Shown here: positions 19,203 to 29,537 of the stretch, piece after piece
Position numbering within the stretch: position 1 is the first letter of the stretch
How the letters are laid out: each line of letters opens with the position of its first letter
Position numbers and translations under genes: made by a program
Notes under the pieces: model-generated
Told to the model about the DNA's origin: nothing
What the model saw: only the letters and a program-made list of their open reading frames with translations
The model's database searches: none
Assembly: GCA_018714445.1 (NCBI GenBank)
Contig: DVNK01000063.1
Coordinates: 5,976-69,975, forward strand
DNA length: 64,000 nt
Source of the DNA: Candidatus Fimadaptatus faecigallinarum
GTDB taxonomy: Bacteria; Bacillota; Clostridia; Christensenellales; Aristaeellaceae
Direction: 5' to 3'

Positions 19203-20192
19203 TTATGCCATATGCTCGAGCATATCCATCGACACATCATAGGCAAACGGCTCGCCCGCAAGCATGCGCTCGCACTCGCCCAGCATGTACTCTCCCATGC
19301 GCATGACCTCATCGCCGGCGCTGCCCGCGATGTGCGGCGTTATAAGCACGTTGGGCAGGCTCCACAGCGGCGAGTCCTCCGGGCACGGCTCGGGCCAGGT
19401 CACATCCAGTATAGCGGTGCGGCGCGGCTGCTCGGTCAGCGCGCGCACCAGGTCGGGCTCAACCACCTGAGCGCCACGGCCGGTGTTCAGGAACGTAGCG
19501 TTGGGCTTCATGCGCCGGAACAGATCATAGTTGAGCATGCCTTTGGTCTGCTCGTTGTTGGGCAGATGATTGCTTATCGTCTGGCAGGTCTCAAATATCT
19601 CATCAAGCGTCGCGCGCTTTACATTCAGGCCGCTGAGCACCTCATCGGGCACATATGGATCGTAGGCCATCAGCTCCACGCGATACGGCTTCATGTATTC
19701 AGCCACCTTGCGGCCTATCGCGCCAAACCCTATAAGGCCGACTTTGCAGCCGAAGTTGCCCGGGTAGTCGTTAGGCGTGGACTTGCTCTTGTCGGCGCGG
19801 TAATCGTCGGCGCGCCTCAGCATGCCCTTGTTGCTGAGCAGTATCGTCGACACCGTGTATTCGGCCACCGGTATGCCGTTAGCCTGCCAGCTCGACAGCA
19901 CATGTATGCCGCGCTCAATAAACGGCCGTGCAAAGTACTGCACGCTGCCCGCCGCATAGAACACCGCTTTCAGATTCGGAAAGTACCTGTCGATCTGCTC
20001 GCCGGTAAGCGACGGCATGCCCCAAGTCGAGAATATGCACTCGGCCTGCGCGCATATGTCGGCGCGCGCGTCCAGTTCGGCGGGCGTGACCTTGCCCAGC
20101 ACATCCAGCTTGGCCGCCAGCGCCTGCTGCACTTCGGGCGAGTACACCCAGTCAACCGTCTTTATGTTTGCGTTCAGGTAAATTGCCTTCAT
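19203..20192 (-). CDS. D-isomer-specific 2-hydroxyacid dehydrogenase family protein
   Basis: NAD-binding motif GLIGFGAIGRKVA and a catalytic region ending PHIAGS. Start refined to MKAIYLNANIK, 9 nt after GAGG. Confidence 0.88.
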   Translation of the reverse strand: MKAIYLNANIKTVDWVYSPEVQQALAAKLDVLGKVTPAELDARADICAQAECIFSTWGMPSLTGEQIDRYFPNLKAVFYAAGSVQYFARPFIERGIHVLSSWQANGIPVAEYTVSTILLSNKGMLRRADDYRADKSKSTPNDYPGNFGCKVGLIGFGAIGRKVAEYMKPYRVELMAYDPYVPDEVLSGLNVKRATLDEIFETCQTISNHLPNNEQTKGMLNYDLFRRMKPNATFLNTGRGAQVVEPDLVRALTEQPRRTAILDVTWPEPCPEDSPLWSLPNVLITPHIAGSAGDEVMRMGEYMLGECERMLAGEPFAYDVSMDMLEHMA

Positions 20193-20478
20193 TTTATCAA
20201 CCTCGCTGTCTAATTCCGCTCTGTGTCCGGGTTTACATACTTCACAATTACACAACGCAATTTTACCATGAAACGTTATGCGCGTCAATCATCTAATCAA
20301 CATGTGCATCAATTTATATTCAAGTTGACATATGCCGTGCAAATCCCGGCGCAATCGAGCCGGAGCGCACAGCGGCGCGAGATTCATTATGAGCAATGTA
20401 ATCAATGCGTCCGCAGCGGATATCGCCGCGCGTTACATAACCGGAAAACAAAAATGAATATCGGCCGCATGACCACAC

Positions 20479-20512
20479 AAAAACAGGCGCGGCACACATC
20501 GCGCCACGCCTG
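20479..20512 (-). terminator. intrinsic terminator after lplA
   Basis: Minus-strand hairpin CAGGCGTGGC ... GCCGCGCCTG followed by TTTTTGTG. Confidence 0.5.
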
Positions 20513-20599
20513 TTGATACTGAATATCGCCTTGCAGCCCTGCGGCAAACACTATAACGGCGGCGTCGTCATATGCCGCGCCACTCCGGCCATGCAGCCG

Positions 20600-21583
20600 T
20601 CACGCCAGTTCACCTGCCAGCCAGGTCTGCAGCTGACTTACCTGGTCGGGCGCTACGCCCATGTCGTTAAGCGCTGCCAGCGCCTCAGGCAGTCGCGACC
20701 CAAACTCCACGCCGTCCAGCGCCGCGCTCACGCATTCCGCCAGCCGCGCATCCATCGCATCGGTGTGCAGCGCACAGCCCGCCACTCGGCACTCATGCAG
20801 CTCCAGCAGCAGCTCGACCTCGCCCCAGTCAAACCGCGTCTCGAATCGCGCGTCAAACCGCGGCGTCTGGCCAAACCGCCACTCCCACGATGCCATCTGA
20901 GCGCGCCCGGCCTCCAGCGCCATGGCATCAAACGCATTCGCATCTATTCGCTCCGCGCTGCCATACGCGCGCTCAAACGCCGCGCACAACAGTGGCCTGA
21001 GCGCATCGGGAGTCAGGCCGCTCGCCGCCTCGGCAAGGTTCATTACCCGAGCGCGCACTGACTCGACACCCTTGGCCCGCAGCTTGAGCGGACTGGGATT
21101 CAAATAGCGCGACAGGCGCTCCATGTCAACCGATATCAGCAGCGTACCATGCTGCAATGAGCGGCCCCGGCTATGCTCAAACGCATTGCCCGACACCTTG
21201 CGCCCATCGACGGCTATGTCGTTTCGGCCGGTGAAGTCGGCGCGTATGCCCACGGAGTTCAACGCGTCGATTATCACGCCCAACTGCCGTTCAAGGTCGT
21301 ATCGGTCCGAACTGGCCGCAAACGTGTAGTTGAGATTGCCCACGTCATGGAACACCGCGCCGCCGCCCGAACGCCGTCGCGCCAGACAACCTCCTTCGCG
21401 CTCGAGCAGTTCGCAGCGACACTCACGCCACGCATTCTGGTTGCGCCCAATCACAACAGTGTTCTGGTTTTGCCACAGGTATAGCGCCGCATCGCCCGGA
21501 GCTATCGACTCAAACAGACAGTGCTCCAGCGCAAGGTTATAGTACGGATCAAGTGAATGCGATTCGAGTATCAGATTGCGCAT
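20600..21583 (-). CDS. lplA: lipoate--protein ligase
   Basis: 327 aa with the LplA/LipB catalytic domain signature (YLWQNQNTVVIGRNQN ... RRSGGGAVFHDVGNLNYTF) and a C-terminal accessory domain. Confidence 0.9.
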   Translation of the reverse strand: MRNLILESHSLDPYYNLALEHCLFESIAPGDAALYLWQNQNTVVIGRNQNAWRECRCELLEREGGCLARRRSGGGAVFHDVGNLNYTFAASSDRYDLERQLGVIIDALNSVGIRADFTGRNDIAVDGRKVSGNAFEHSRGRSLQHGTLLISVDMERLSRYLNPSPLKLRAKGVESVRARVMNLAEAASGLTPDALRPLLCAAFERAYGSAERIDANAFDAMALEAGRAQMASWEWRFGQTPRFDARFETRFDWGEVELLLELHECRVAGCALHTDAMDARLAECVSAALDGVEFGSRLPEALAALNDMGVAPDQVSQLQTWLAGELA

Positions 21584-21930
21584 TTATGTCCTCCTGAGCG
21601 CGCGTACGCATGTACCATTCAAGCGCCGCGCGCATACATTCTCCATACGGCATTATAGCATATAAGCGGAGAAACAGGCAAATCAGTTCGATTGAATTTT
21701 ATAAGGCGTTTATGCGGCCGCGAATATCTGCAAGCATAAATCAGTCATGCCTGGCTCAGATTAGCGCTCAACCTGGGCCTACACAGCCGCGCAAATGTCT
21801 TTTCCAAGTTAACCAAAAGCAGCGGCGCGCCAGGCAGCCGCCTGACGCGCCAACTGATTTCTGAAACTCTAACGCCTGTCGCCCGCCAGCCGCAGCCACG
21901 GCCGCAAAGCGCACAAAGCTGATCCTGACC

Positions 21931-22974
21931 TTAAATCATAACCTGTCTGCCAGTGCGCGCCGACTCGAACGCGCAGTCCAGCACATGCATGACCGCGCGC
22001 ACCTGCTCGGGCTTGACTATCGGCTCGCACTTGCCATCGACCGCATCGCGCAGGTTCATGTAGTACTCGCGCACATCGGCAGGCGTGTCGGGCAATTCGA
22101 ACTCCATGACTTCCTCCTTGGGCCGCGGTGCGAACGTGCGCGTAGGCGTGCCCTCGCCGGTCACTACCGCTTCGCTGTGCTCGGCGGACTTCTCTATCTT
22201 GATAATCTTGCCATTGCGCGAGAAGTCGTTAATGTACGCCGTGCCCAGGTCGCCCAGTATCATCCAGCGCGGCAGCGGGTTGAGCACCCATGTGCCTATC
22301 TCCATCTGCACGTGCAGCCCGCTCTTGAGTATGTAAGTCAGATAGAAGTAGTCCTCAACGTCAGGCGTCTTGACATTCTCGATGCGGCACAGCACGCTCT
22401 CGATGCTGTCAAACCCAAACAGGTTCATTATCTGATCGGTAAAGTGCACGCCCCAGTCGTATATCATGCCGCCGCCATGCTCCGGCTCGGCGCGCCAGCC
22501 AAACATTGCGCCCCGGCTCCCGTGCAGCCGCGACTGAACCGAATATACATGGCCCAGTTCGCCGCTGTTTATGATCTCGCTTGCAATCTTATAGTCCTTA
22601 TCCCAGCGCCGGTTCTGGTGCACGGTGAATATCACGCCGCACTGCTTGGCCGTGCGCGCCATTATGTCGACCTGAGCCGCGTCCATCGCGACCGGCTTTT
22701 CGACTATCACGTGCTTGCCCGCCTTCATCGCCGCGCACGCCAGCGCGCAGTGCGTGTCGTTGGGCGTAGAGACCAGCACGACGTTGAACAGATTGCTTGC
22801 CAGGAACGCGCTGAGCGAATCAAATGCCTCCAGCCCCTCGTCGCGCGCCAGCTGCACCTTTTCGGGATCGATGTCATACGCCGCCACTACCGAAACGCCC
22901 TCCACACGGGGCGCGTTGCGCAGGTGCCAGTGACCCATGTAGCCATAGCCTATGATACCCAATTTAAGCGCCAT
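21931..22974 (-). CDS. Gfo/Idh/MocA family oxidoreductase
   Basis: 347 aa with an N-terminal Rossmann fold (LKLGIIGYGYMG) and the EKP motif (HVIVEKP). Confidence 0.9.
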   Translation of the reverse strand: MALKLGIIGYGYMGHWHLRNAPRVEGVSVVAAYDIDPEKVQLARDEGLEAFDSLSAFLASNLFNVVLVSTPNDTHCALACAAMKAGKHVIVEKPVAMDAAQVDIMARTAKQCGVIFTVHQNRRWDKDYKIASEIINSGELGHVYSVQSRLHGSRGAMFGWRAEPEHGGGMIYDWGVHFTDQIMNLFGFDSIESVLCRIENVKTPDVEDYFYLTYILKSGLHVQMEIGTWVLNPLPRWMILGDLGTAYINDFSRNGKIIKIEKSAEHSEAVVTGEGTPTRTFAPRPKEEVMEFELPDTPADVREYYMNLRDAVDGKCEPIVKPEQVRAVMHVLDCAFESARTGRQVMI

Positions 22975-23145
22975 TTCGTTTCATCCTCCATAAGCCGCAT
23001 ATGCGGCGTCTTTCCGGCATCAGTATACAACACGCGCCGCCCGAAATCAAGCGGCCAGGAGTACTCCGCGCAGATTTTATGCGCGGTGCGCCCACACAGT
23101 CCAATAAGGCCGGAAGCAGTCCGCGCTCCCGGCCTTATATTCACA

Positions 23146-24228
23146 TCAATCGAAGTATACCGGCTTGCCGGTGCGTGCGGAGGTGTATATGGCCTCGAGT
23201 ATCTCGGAGACCACGCACGCCTGCTCAGGCAGCACCACGGGGTCGGTATCGTTTTCTATCGCGTCATACCAGCGCATCTGCTCGGTGATGCCGGGAGTGA
23301 CCGCAACGCCGTCATAGAACGCCACGCCGCCCGCCGACATGTCAGGCCGCTTCTCGATCAGCCGGCCGTACTCGCCCTTGTTGATCGACACGCCGCCCTT
23401 GATCTGAGCGCCGGCCTTGCTGCCCATCAGCTGCACGCTGCCTTCGGGAATCGGCTCGATAGTGTTGAGCGCCCAGGTCGCGTCCAGCGTTATCGTCGCG
23501 CCGTTCTGCATCACTATGAAGCCGAACGCCGCATCCTCCATCGTGTGCTGCTTGGGATCCCAGCCGCCCCACGGGTTGCCGCACTCGGCGTTCTCGCACT
23601 TCTTATACGCGGTGCCCACGACCATGCGCGGCTTGTAGTTGTTCATAAGGTACAGCGTAAGGTCCAGCGAATGCGTGCCGATATCGATGAGCGGACCGCC
23701 GCCCTGCTCGTACTCGTTGAGGAACACGCCCCAGTTCGGCGTACCGCGCCGGCGTATCGCAAGCGCCTTGGCGTAGTATATGTCGCCCAGCTCGCCGGCG
23801 TCTATCGCCTGCTTCACGTACGTCGTCTCCGGCTTATGACGATGCTGATAGCCTATCGTCAGCTTCTTGCCGGTCTCGCGCGCGGCCGCGACCATGCGGC
23901 GGGCATCCTCTGCCGTCTTGGCCATGGGCTTTTCGCACATTACGTGCTTGCCCGCGTGCAGCGCGTCTATCGATATCTGCGCGTGCATGCGGTTGGGCGT
24001 CAGCACGTGCACAACGTCAATGCTCTCATCCTTGAGCAGCTCGGTGTAGTCGGTGTACACCTTTGCATCGGGCGTGCCGTACTCGCGCGCGGCCTTTTGC
24101 GCCTTTTCCTCGATCAGGTCGCAGAACGCCACCAGATCCACGCGGTTTATCGCCTTGAGCGACGGCAGATGCTTGCCGTTGGCTATGCCGCCACAGCCTA
24201 TTATGCCTACCTTCAACCTCTTGCCCAT
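23146..24228 (-). CDS. Gfo/Idh/MocA family oxidoreductase
   Basis: Start refined to MGKRLKVGIIGCGGIANG, with ATG after GGAGGTTCTT. Contains the HVMCEKP motif. Confidence 0.9.
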   Translation of the reverse strand: MGKRLKVGIIGCGGIANGKHLPSLKAINRVDLVAFCDLIEEKAQKAAREYGTPDAKVYTDYTELLKDESIDVVHVLTPNRMHAQISIDALHAGKHVMCEKPMAKTAEDARRMVAAARETGKKLTIGYQHRHKPETTYVKQAIDAGELGDIYYAKALAIRRRGTPNWGVFLNEYEQGGGPLIDIGTHSLDLTLYLMNNYKPRMVVGTAYKKCENAECGNPWGGWDPKQHTMEDAAFGFIVMQNGATITLDATWALNTIEPIPEGSVQLMGSKAGAQIKGGVSINKGEYGRLIEKRPDMSAGGVAFYDGVAVTPGITEQMRWYDAIENDTDPVVLPEQACVVSEILEAIYTSARTGKPVYFD

Positions 24229-24361
24229 AAGAACCTCCAATAACAATATTTTACGCTTGCAGATTTTTAACATATGGATTATGCCTATATAGTAGCACAT
24301 TCGCTCGCGCCATGCTATAATCGCCTTAGCCCAAAATAGCATAATTTTGCGAGGTTGCCAT

Positions 24362-25252
24362 ATGCAGTTCTATCACGAGTCGCGCAAGCCGCTGGGCACG
24401 CTTGGGTATCTGTTTGAGTGCACTATACAGCACCGCCACGGCCGCAGCATATTTGTAGCGCCTCACGTGCACGAGTACTTTGAGATACTGCTGTGCCGCG
24501 AGGGCGCGTTCCGACTGGAAACCGGAGACGCTCCGGTACACCTGGGCGTGGGCGACCTGGCGGTGATCGACCCGATGGAAGTGCACTGCACGTACGCGCT
24601 GGACAAGGGCGAAAACACGTACATGGTACTCAAGTTCGTGCCGGAGCTGATGTACAGCGCCGAGCAACCGCTCTACGAACTGGGCACCGTCTCAGCTTAC
24701 ATGCGCCTGCGCGCGTCGCACCGCCGGCTCTTTGAGGCACGGGAAGTCGAGTCGAGCGGCATGGGCGAGATAATGGAGCGCATATTCAGCGAGTACACCG
24801 CACAGGAGTTCGGCTATGCGCTCAGCGTTCGCGCCGAAATAATGCGATTGTTCGTCAAGATACTGCGCGACTGGCATGCAGGCGGCGCGCCCGAGCTGCC
24901 CGACGCCGAGTCAATGGCTCAGCTCCAGCGCGCATACGAGTTCATAGAGGCCAATTATGCCGGAGAAGTTACGCTGGATGCGGTAGCGCGCCATTGCAAC
25001 ATGTCATACACCGCGTTCTCGCGGTTCTTTTCAAAGCACGCCGGGCGCAGCTTCACTGAAGCGCTGCTGCTGACGCGCGTGAAAAAATCGATGCGCCTCA
25101 TAAACTCGACCGACATGAGCATAACCGAAATCGCCGCGCAGACCGGCTTTTCCTCGACCAGCCATTACATACGCTGCTTCAAAGCCGTGACCGGCAAGAC
25201 GCCGCTCAAGTATCGCGAGGCCGAGCGCCCACATGGCATAAAGGTCAAGTAG
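24362..25252 (+). CDS. AraC family transcriptional regulator
   Basis: Cupin-like N-domain plus a C-terminal double HTH (ITEIAAQTGFSSTSHYIRCFKAVTGKTPLKYR). Divergent from the Gfo/Idh/MocA pair. Confidence 0.9.
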   Translation: MQFYHESRKPLGTLGYLFECTIQHRHGRSIFVAPHVHEYFEILLCREGAFRLETGDAPVHLGVGDLAVIDPMEVHCTYALDKGENTYMVLKFVPELMYSAEQPLYELGTVSAYMRLRASHRRLFEAREVESSGMGEIMERIFSEYTAQEFGYALSVRAEIMRLFVKILRDWHAGGAPELPDAESMAQLQRAYEFIEANYAGEVTLDAVARHCNMSYTAFSRFFSKHAGRSFTEALLLTRVKKSMRLINSTDMSITEIAAQTGFSSTSHYIRCFKAVTGKTPLKYREAERPHGIKVK

Positions 25253-25522
25253 CACCGCCGCAGTGCCATCTGCGCCCCAAAGCAGGCGCGTTATCCGCGT
25301 GCCGCTACTCTTATCCGCGCGCTGCCGCCCAATTAAGGCGCTGACCTTATCCCCACCGGCCAGCACAATACGATCTGCGCAAAACGCGACCGCAATGCAA
25401 TCGCATCGCGGCCGCGTTTATCTTCTTATCGTCCTATAATTTCTGCCGCTACATTTGGCATTTCGACGCCGTCCGTCCTAACGCTCGATGCGCATGCGCC
25501 AGCACAATTTGCCGATGGATAA

Positions 25523-26707
25523 TCAATCCGCGCGCACATCCACAACGCCCGCGCAGTCGTTGAACCGCGCGAACCGCTCCAGACACCCTTCCAGCGCCAC
25601 GCGCGCCTCCACGCCCGGTTCCCGGCCCGGCTCATACCACGCGCCCTTCAACTCAAGCGCGCCGCCCGTGCGTCCGCGCGCCAGCTCGATCCTGCCTGTC
25701 AGCTCCTCGCCATACAGCAGCGGCAACGTATAGTACCCATACCTGCGCCTGTCGGCCGGAGTGTATATCTCCCATCGATACTCAAAGTCAAACAACGCCT
25801 CGACAAGCCGCCTGTCCCAGAGCATAGCGTCCAGCGGCGCAAGCAGCTCGGCCCGCGGCGCAAGCTCGCCCGCCAGCGCCCGCTCCAGTTCGGCCTCGTC
25901 ACATGCGCGCATGTACAGCGGCCAGCGCACGCCCTCAACCTCGAGCTCCGTCAATTCGCCCCGCGCACACAGCGCCGCAAACGCCGATTCGCGCTCGCCC
26001 GCCTTCAGGCCCGGTATGCCCAGCCATGCGTCCGATGCACGGTTCCACAGCAGCCCCACCGCGCCCACGCGCCGCATCACGCGCCATTGCCGGTGCGCCT
26101 CATCGTCTGGCAGCGGGTCCGGCGCAGTCACCATGTCGGCCGGCAGGCAGCGCTCGATCAAGTCGTAATACTTGACCGTGCCGCGCTTATGGTGTATCGC
26201 AAGCCGCCCCTCAAAGTACAGCTGCTCCAGCGCCGCACGCGCGGTCCGCGTCGCGCTCCAAAACCAATCCACCTTGCCGGGCAGATCTATATCGGCCGAA
26301 CACAGCGCCCCGCGTCGCGCTATCTCGTCGAGCACGGTCGCGCATGCACACGCCAATTCCGCTCCGCCACGCGTGTTCTGAGCATACCGCGCCCGCTCGC
26401 GCGCAAAGTACGGCCAGTCCTGCACCGCAAATATCGCCAGATTCTTGTCAAAGTAATCCACCAGTTCCCGGCGCTGATACAGCAGCGACTCCAGCATCGA
26501 CCTGCGATAGCCCGCAACGCGCGAGTTGAGCGCAATGTCCGCGCTGCGTCCGCACACGTCGACCGGGTCGTATTGCACGCAACCCGCCCTGCATATGTAC
26601 TCCAGCGTGCCCTGCTCGCCTGCAAACCGGTGCTCGCCCACCAGGCCCTGATGCGCCAGCATGAATCGCCGCGCCTGAGCCCGCGTCAACCTGCGCGCGC
26701 CGCTCAC
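25523..26707 (-). CDS. winged-helix DUF1006 / YcaQ-family protein (DNA crosslink glycosylase family)
   Basis: 394 aa with the YcaQ-like N-terminus (AQARRFMLAHQGL ... CVQYDPVDVCGRSADIAL). GTG start overlapping the RpiR stop (GTGA). Confidence 0.75.
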   Translation of the reverse strand: MSGARRLTRAQARRFMLAHQGLVGEHRFAGEQGTLEYICRAGCVQYDPVDVCGRSADIALNSRVAGYRRSMLESLLYQRRELVDYFDKNLAIFAVQDWPYFARERARYAQNTRGGAELACACATVLDEIARRGALCSADIDLPGKVDWFWSATRTARAALEQLYFEGRLAIHHKRGTVKYYDLIERCLPADMVTAPDPLPDDEAHRQWRVMRRVGAVGLLWNRASDAWLGIPGLKAGERESAFAALCARGELTELEVEGVRWPLYMRACDEAELERALAGELAPRAELLAPLDAMLWDRRLVEALFDFEYRWEIYTPADRRRYGYYTLPLLYGEELTGRIELARGRTGGALELKGAWYEPGREPGVEARVALEGCLERFARFNDCAGVVDVRAD

Positions 26708-27597
26708 AGCTTGTTCTCGACCAGCGCCTCGTTCGAGCGCGCCAGCGCCTGCTGATAGCGCTCGCCGCCGCGCAGCAATACGCTTATGAACAGGCTCTCG
26801 ATTATCACCAGCTCAGATATGCGCTTGGTTATTACCTCGCCCGAATGCTCCATAAACGATGCCGTCGTCAGCACATAGTCCGACATGCGCGCCAGCGGCG
26901 AATATGGATAGTTGGTTATGCTCACTACCGTCGCGCCCATCTCTCTGGCGCGCCGCGCAGTCGCCACAGTCGTGCGCGAACGCCCCGAATGACTGACCAG
27001 CACGCACACGTCGCCTGCGGCGAGCTGGCTGGCCTGCACCAGCTGCACATCCGGGTCATTGGACGTGTCGCACACCGCGCCCATGCGATTGAACTTGTGA
27101 TACGCCGACTCGGCCACTATCTTGGCGTCGCCTACGCCGTAAAAGCCTATCCGCCGCGCGCCCAGCAGCGCTTCGACCGTGCCGTTGAACTGCTCGCGAT
27201 CCAGCACGCACAGCAGATCCTCCATCGACTGTATCGACGCTTTGATTATCTGCGAGGCTATCGCGTATGGATCGTCGCCGGCGTTCATGTGCTGGTACAG
27301 GTCGCTGGGCAGACGCGCGTCGCGCTCGCCGGACTGCGCCTCCTTGAGCGCCGACTTGAGCTGGGCAAACCCTTCAAACCCCAGCCGCCGCGCAATGCGC
27401 ACAAACGTCGGCTGCGACACGCCGCAGGTCTGCGCAGCCTCGGCTATCGTCATCTCAGCCAGATGCGCCGGATCCGTCAGTATAAGATCCGCGGCGCTGC
27501 GCTCAGCGCGCTTGAGCTGGCCGTATATAGCACGCATATTCAGCAGCAGCTGTGCTGGCAGCGCGTTGCTCTCAAATTCATTATCCATTCTGCACAT
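26704..27597 (-). CDS. MurR/RpiR family transcriptional regulator (HTH + SIS domain)
   Basis: 297 aa with the HTH_6 signature (MTIAEAAQTCGVSQPTFVRIARRLGFEGF) and a SIS domain (GFYGVGDAKIVA ... LVSHSGRS). Confidence 0.9.
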   Translation of the reverse strand: MCRMDNEFESNALPAQLLLNMRAIYGQLKRAERSAADLILTDPAHLAEMTIAEAAQTCGVSQPTFVRIARRLGFEGFAQLKSALKEAQSGERDARLPSDLYQHMNAGDDPYAIASQIIKASIQSMEDLLCVLDREQFNGTVEALLGARRIGFYGVGDAKIVAESAYHKFNRMGAVCDTSNDPDVQLVQASQLAAGDVCVLVSHSGRSRTTVATARRAREMGATVVSITNYPYSPLARMSDYVLTTASFMEHSGEVITKRISELVIIESLFISVLLRGGERYQQALARSNEALVENKL

Positions 27598-27839
27598 CCT
27601 ATCCGCCGTATGCGCTCGCCGGCGTAATGTGTATATATAAGCTCCCTGATATTAAGATAGCACCTATGCGCGTCCATGTCAAGTTGAAAACTTTTCTATG
27701 AACACAGTATGACATTTTTGTGTGCCGGCAAAAAGTGCTTGATTGATAACATGATTTAACGTATCATTTAGTCAGGGCCCGTGCCCCGCCCGCTATGCGC
27801 TTTGGCTTGCGCGGGCACACTGCTATGGGAGGTATGGCG

Positions 27840-28535
27840 ATGTTCTTTCCATTTTTCTATGATCCGACTATACTGATAGTACTGCCCGGACTGCTGCTGG
27901 CATTGTGGGCGCAGTTCAGGGTAAATTCGACATTTTCAAAGTACTCGGAGGTAGGCACGCACCGCGGCTACACCGCCGAACAGGCCGCACGCATACTGCT
28001 GGATGAAAACAACCTGCAATCGGTGCGCATAGAGCGCGTGAGCGGCCACCTGTCCGACCACTACGATCCCCGCGACAAGGTACTGCGCCTGTCCGACAGC
28101 GTCATGAACTCGACTTCGGTCGCGGCGCTGGGCGTGGCTGCGCATGAGGCCGGCCATGCCGTACAGGACGCCAACGGCTACAAGCCGCTGGTACTGCGCA
28201 GCGCCATGGCGCCGGTTGTCAGCATAGGCTCAAACCTTGCGATACCGCTGTTCATACTGGGACTGATATTCGCATGGGAGCCGCTGGTCAACCTGGGCAT
28301 AATACTTTTCTCGCTGATCGTGGTGTTCTCGCTGATCACGCTGCCGGTAGAGTTCGACGCTTCGCGCCGCGCACTGGCTACGCTCGAGGGCAATTCGCTG
28401 CTGGATTCGGACGAGCTGACCGGCGCGCGCCGCGTGCTCAATGCAGCCGCGCTGACCTACGTCGCGGCCGCATTGCAGTCGATACTCAACCTGCTCCGAC
28501 TGCTGATACTCTCCGGCGGACGGCGCCGCGATTAG
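27840..28535 (+). CDS. YugP-type membrane zinc metallopeptidase
   Basis: HExxH motif (AAHEAGHAVQD) with flanking TM helices. Start refined to the ATG 7 nt after GGGAGG (MFFPFFYDP). Confidence 0.85.
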   Translation: MFFPFFYDPTILIVLPGLLLALWAQFRVNSTFSKYSEVGTHRGYTAEQAARILLDENNLQSVRIERVSGHLSDHYDPRDKVLRLSDSVMNSTSVAALGVAAHEAGHAVQDANGYKPLVLRSAMAPVVSIGSNLAIPLFILGLIFAWEPLVNLGIILFSLIVVFSLITLPVEFDASRRALATLEGNSLLDSDELTGARRVLNAAALTYVAAALQSILNLLRLLILSGGRRRD

Positions 28536-28637
28536 TCGCTTGCGCCCCGCACCCCGCTCGACCCACTCAAACGCTCACAGGCAAAATCGCGGCGAACATA
28601 CGCTTCGCCGCGATTTATTATGCGCAATATCCGCCCG

Positions 28638-29513
28638 TCAGATTATTTCATAGCCCATTGCGACTATGTTGTCGTATGAGGTCTTGAGGCAATCGAACAC
28701 GTCCCTGCCATACAGGTCGTCCTGTTCAATGAAGAAGTACTTCGCGCCCGACTTCAGGCTCTGCTCGATTATCGCGGGCATGTCCAGCGAACCCTCGCCT
28801 ATCTCAGCAAACTGCACGACCCCCGCAAACGCACGCTGGAAGCCCTCCATCCGCGCCTTCATATCGCCCTTGGGCGCAGCGGTGAACACATCCGGCGATA
28901 TCTGACCGATGCGGTAGTCCTTCAGATGCACCAGATCGACCTTGCCCGCGTAGTCGGCCAACACCTTGACCGGATCGTAACCGCCGCGATGTATCCAGTG
29001 CACGTCCAATTCAAAGCCCATGTCCGGCACGTTTTCGCGTATTATGTCCAGCAGCGTCTTGCCGTCGAACTTATGGAACTCTACATGGTGGTTGTGGTAG
29101 TAGAGCTTTATGCCTTTGTCGGCCAGTTTGCGCGCGGCGACCTCGGCCATACGGCAAAAATGCATCGCTGCATCAAACGACGCCATGCAGTCAAACGGCA
29201 ACATGCCGATGCGTATGAACTGGCAGTCCAGCGCGCGGCAGTCCGCCACAATCTTGTCAAAATGAGTCGCCAGCGTCTCCTGGGGCATCGGGCCATTGGG
29301 CGCAACGCCCGCCGACAGCGACGCGATCTTGACGCCAAAGTCGTCCTGCGCGCGCTTCATCGCCGCAACGTTTTCGGCCGTCATGGGTATCTGCGATATC
29401 TCAACGCAGCGGTAGCCCAGCTCGCCCACGCGCTTTAGCGTCTCATACGCGCCCAGCTCGCCGAACTTGCCCTTGAGCATCATCGCCTGCACGCCTACTT
29501 TTATCTGCTTCAT
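28638..29513 (-). CDS. sugar phosphate isomerase/epimerase (xylose isomerase-like TIM barrel)
   Basis: 291 aa with the AP_endonuc_2-type pattern (GYRCVEISQ ... YHNHHVEF ... DLVHLKD ... EIGEG ... FFIEQD). Confidence 0.88.
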   Translation of the reverse strand: MKQIKVGVQAMMLKGKFGELGAYETLKRVGELGYRCVEISQIPMTAENVAAMKRAQDDFGVKIASLSAGVAPNGPMPQETLATHFDKIVADCRALDCQFIRIGMLPFDCMASFDAAMHFCRMAEVAARKLADKGIKLYYHNHHVEFHKFDGKTLLDIIRENVPDMGFELDVHWIHRGGYDPVKVLADYAGKVDLVHLKDYRIGQISPDVFTAAPKGDMKARMEGFQRAFAGVVQFAEIGEGSLDMPAIIEQSLKSGAKYFFIEQDDLYGRDVFDCLKTSYDNIVAMGYEII

Positions 29514-29537
29514 ATAATATTATCCTCCATCTGCGCG

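Noticed and set aside
21985-24243. 752-aa plus-strand ORF spanning two Gfo/Idh/MocA genes
   Set aside because: It is antisense to two recognisable oxidoreductases and crosses their intergenic gap. Composition is Arg/His/Ala-rich, with no RBS and no domain signature.
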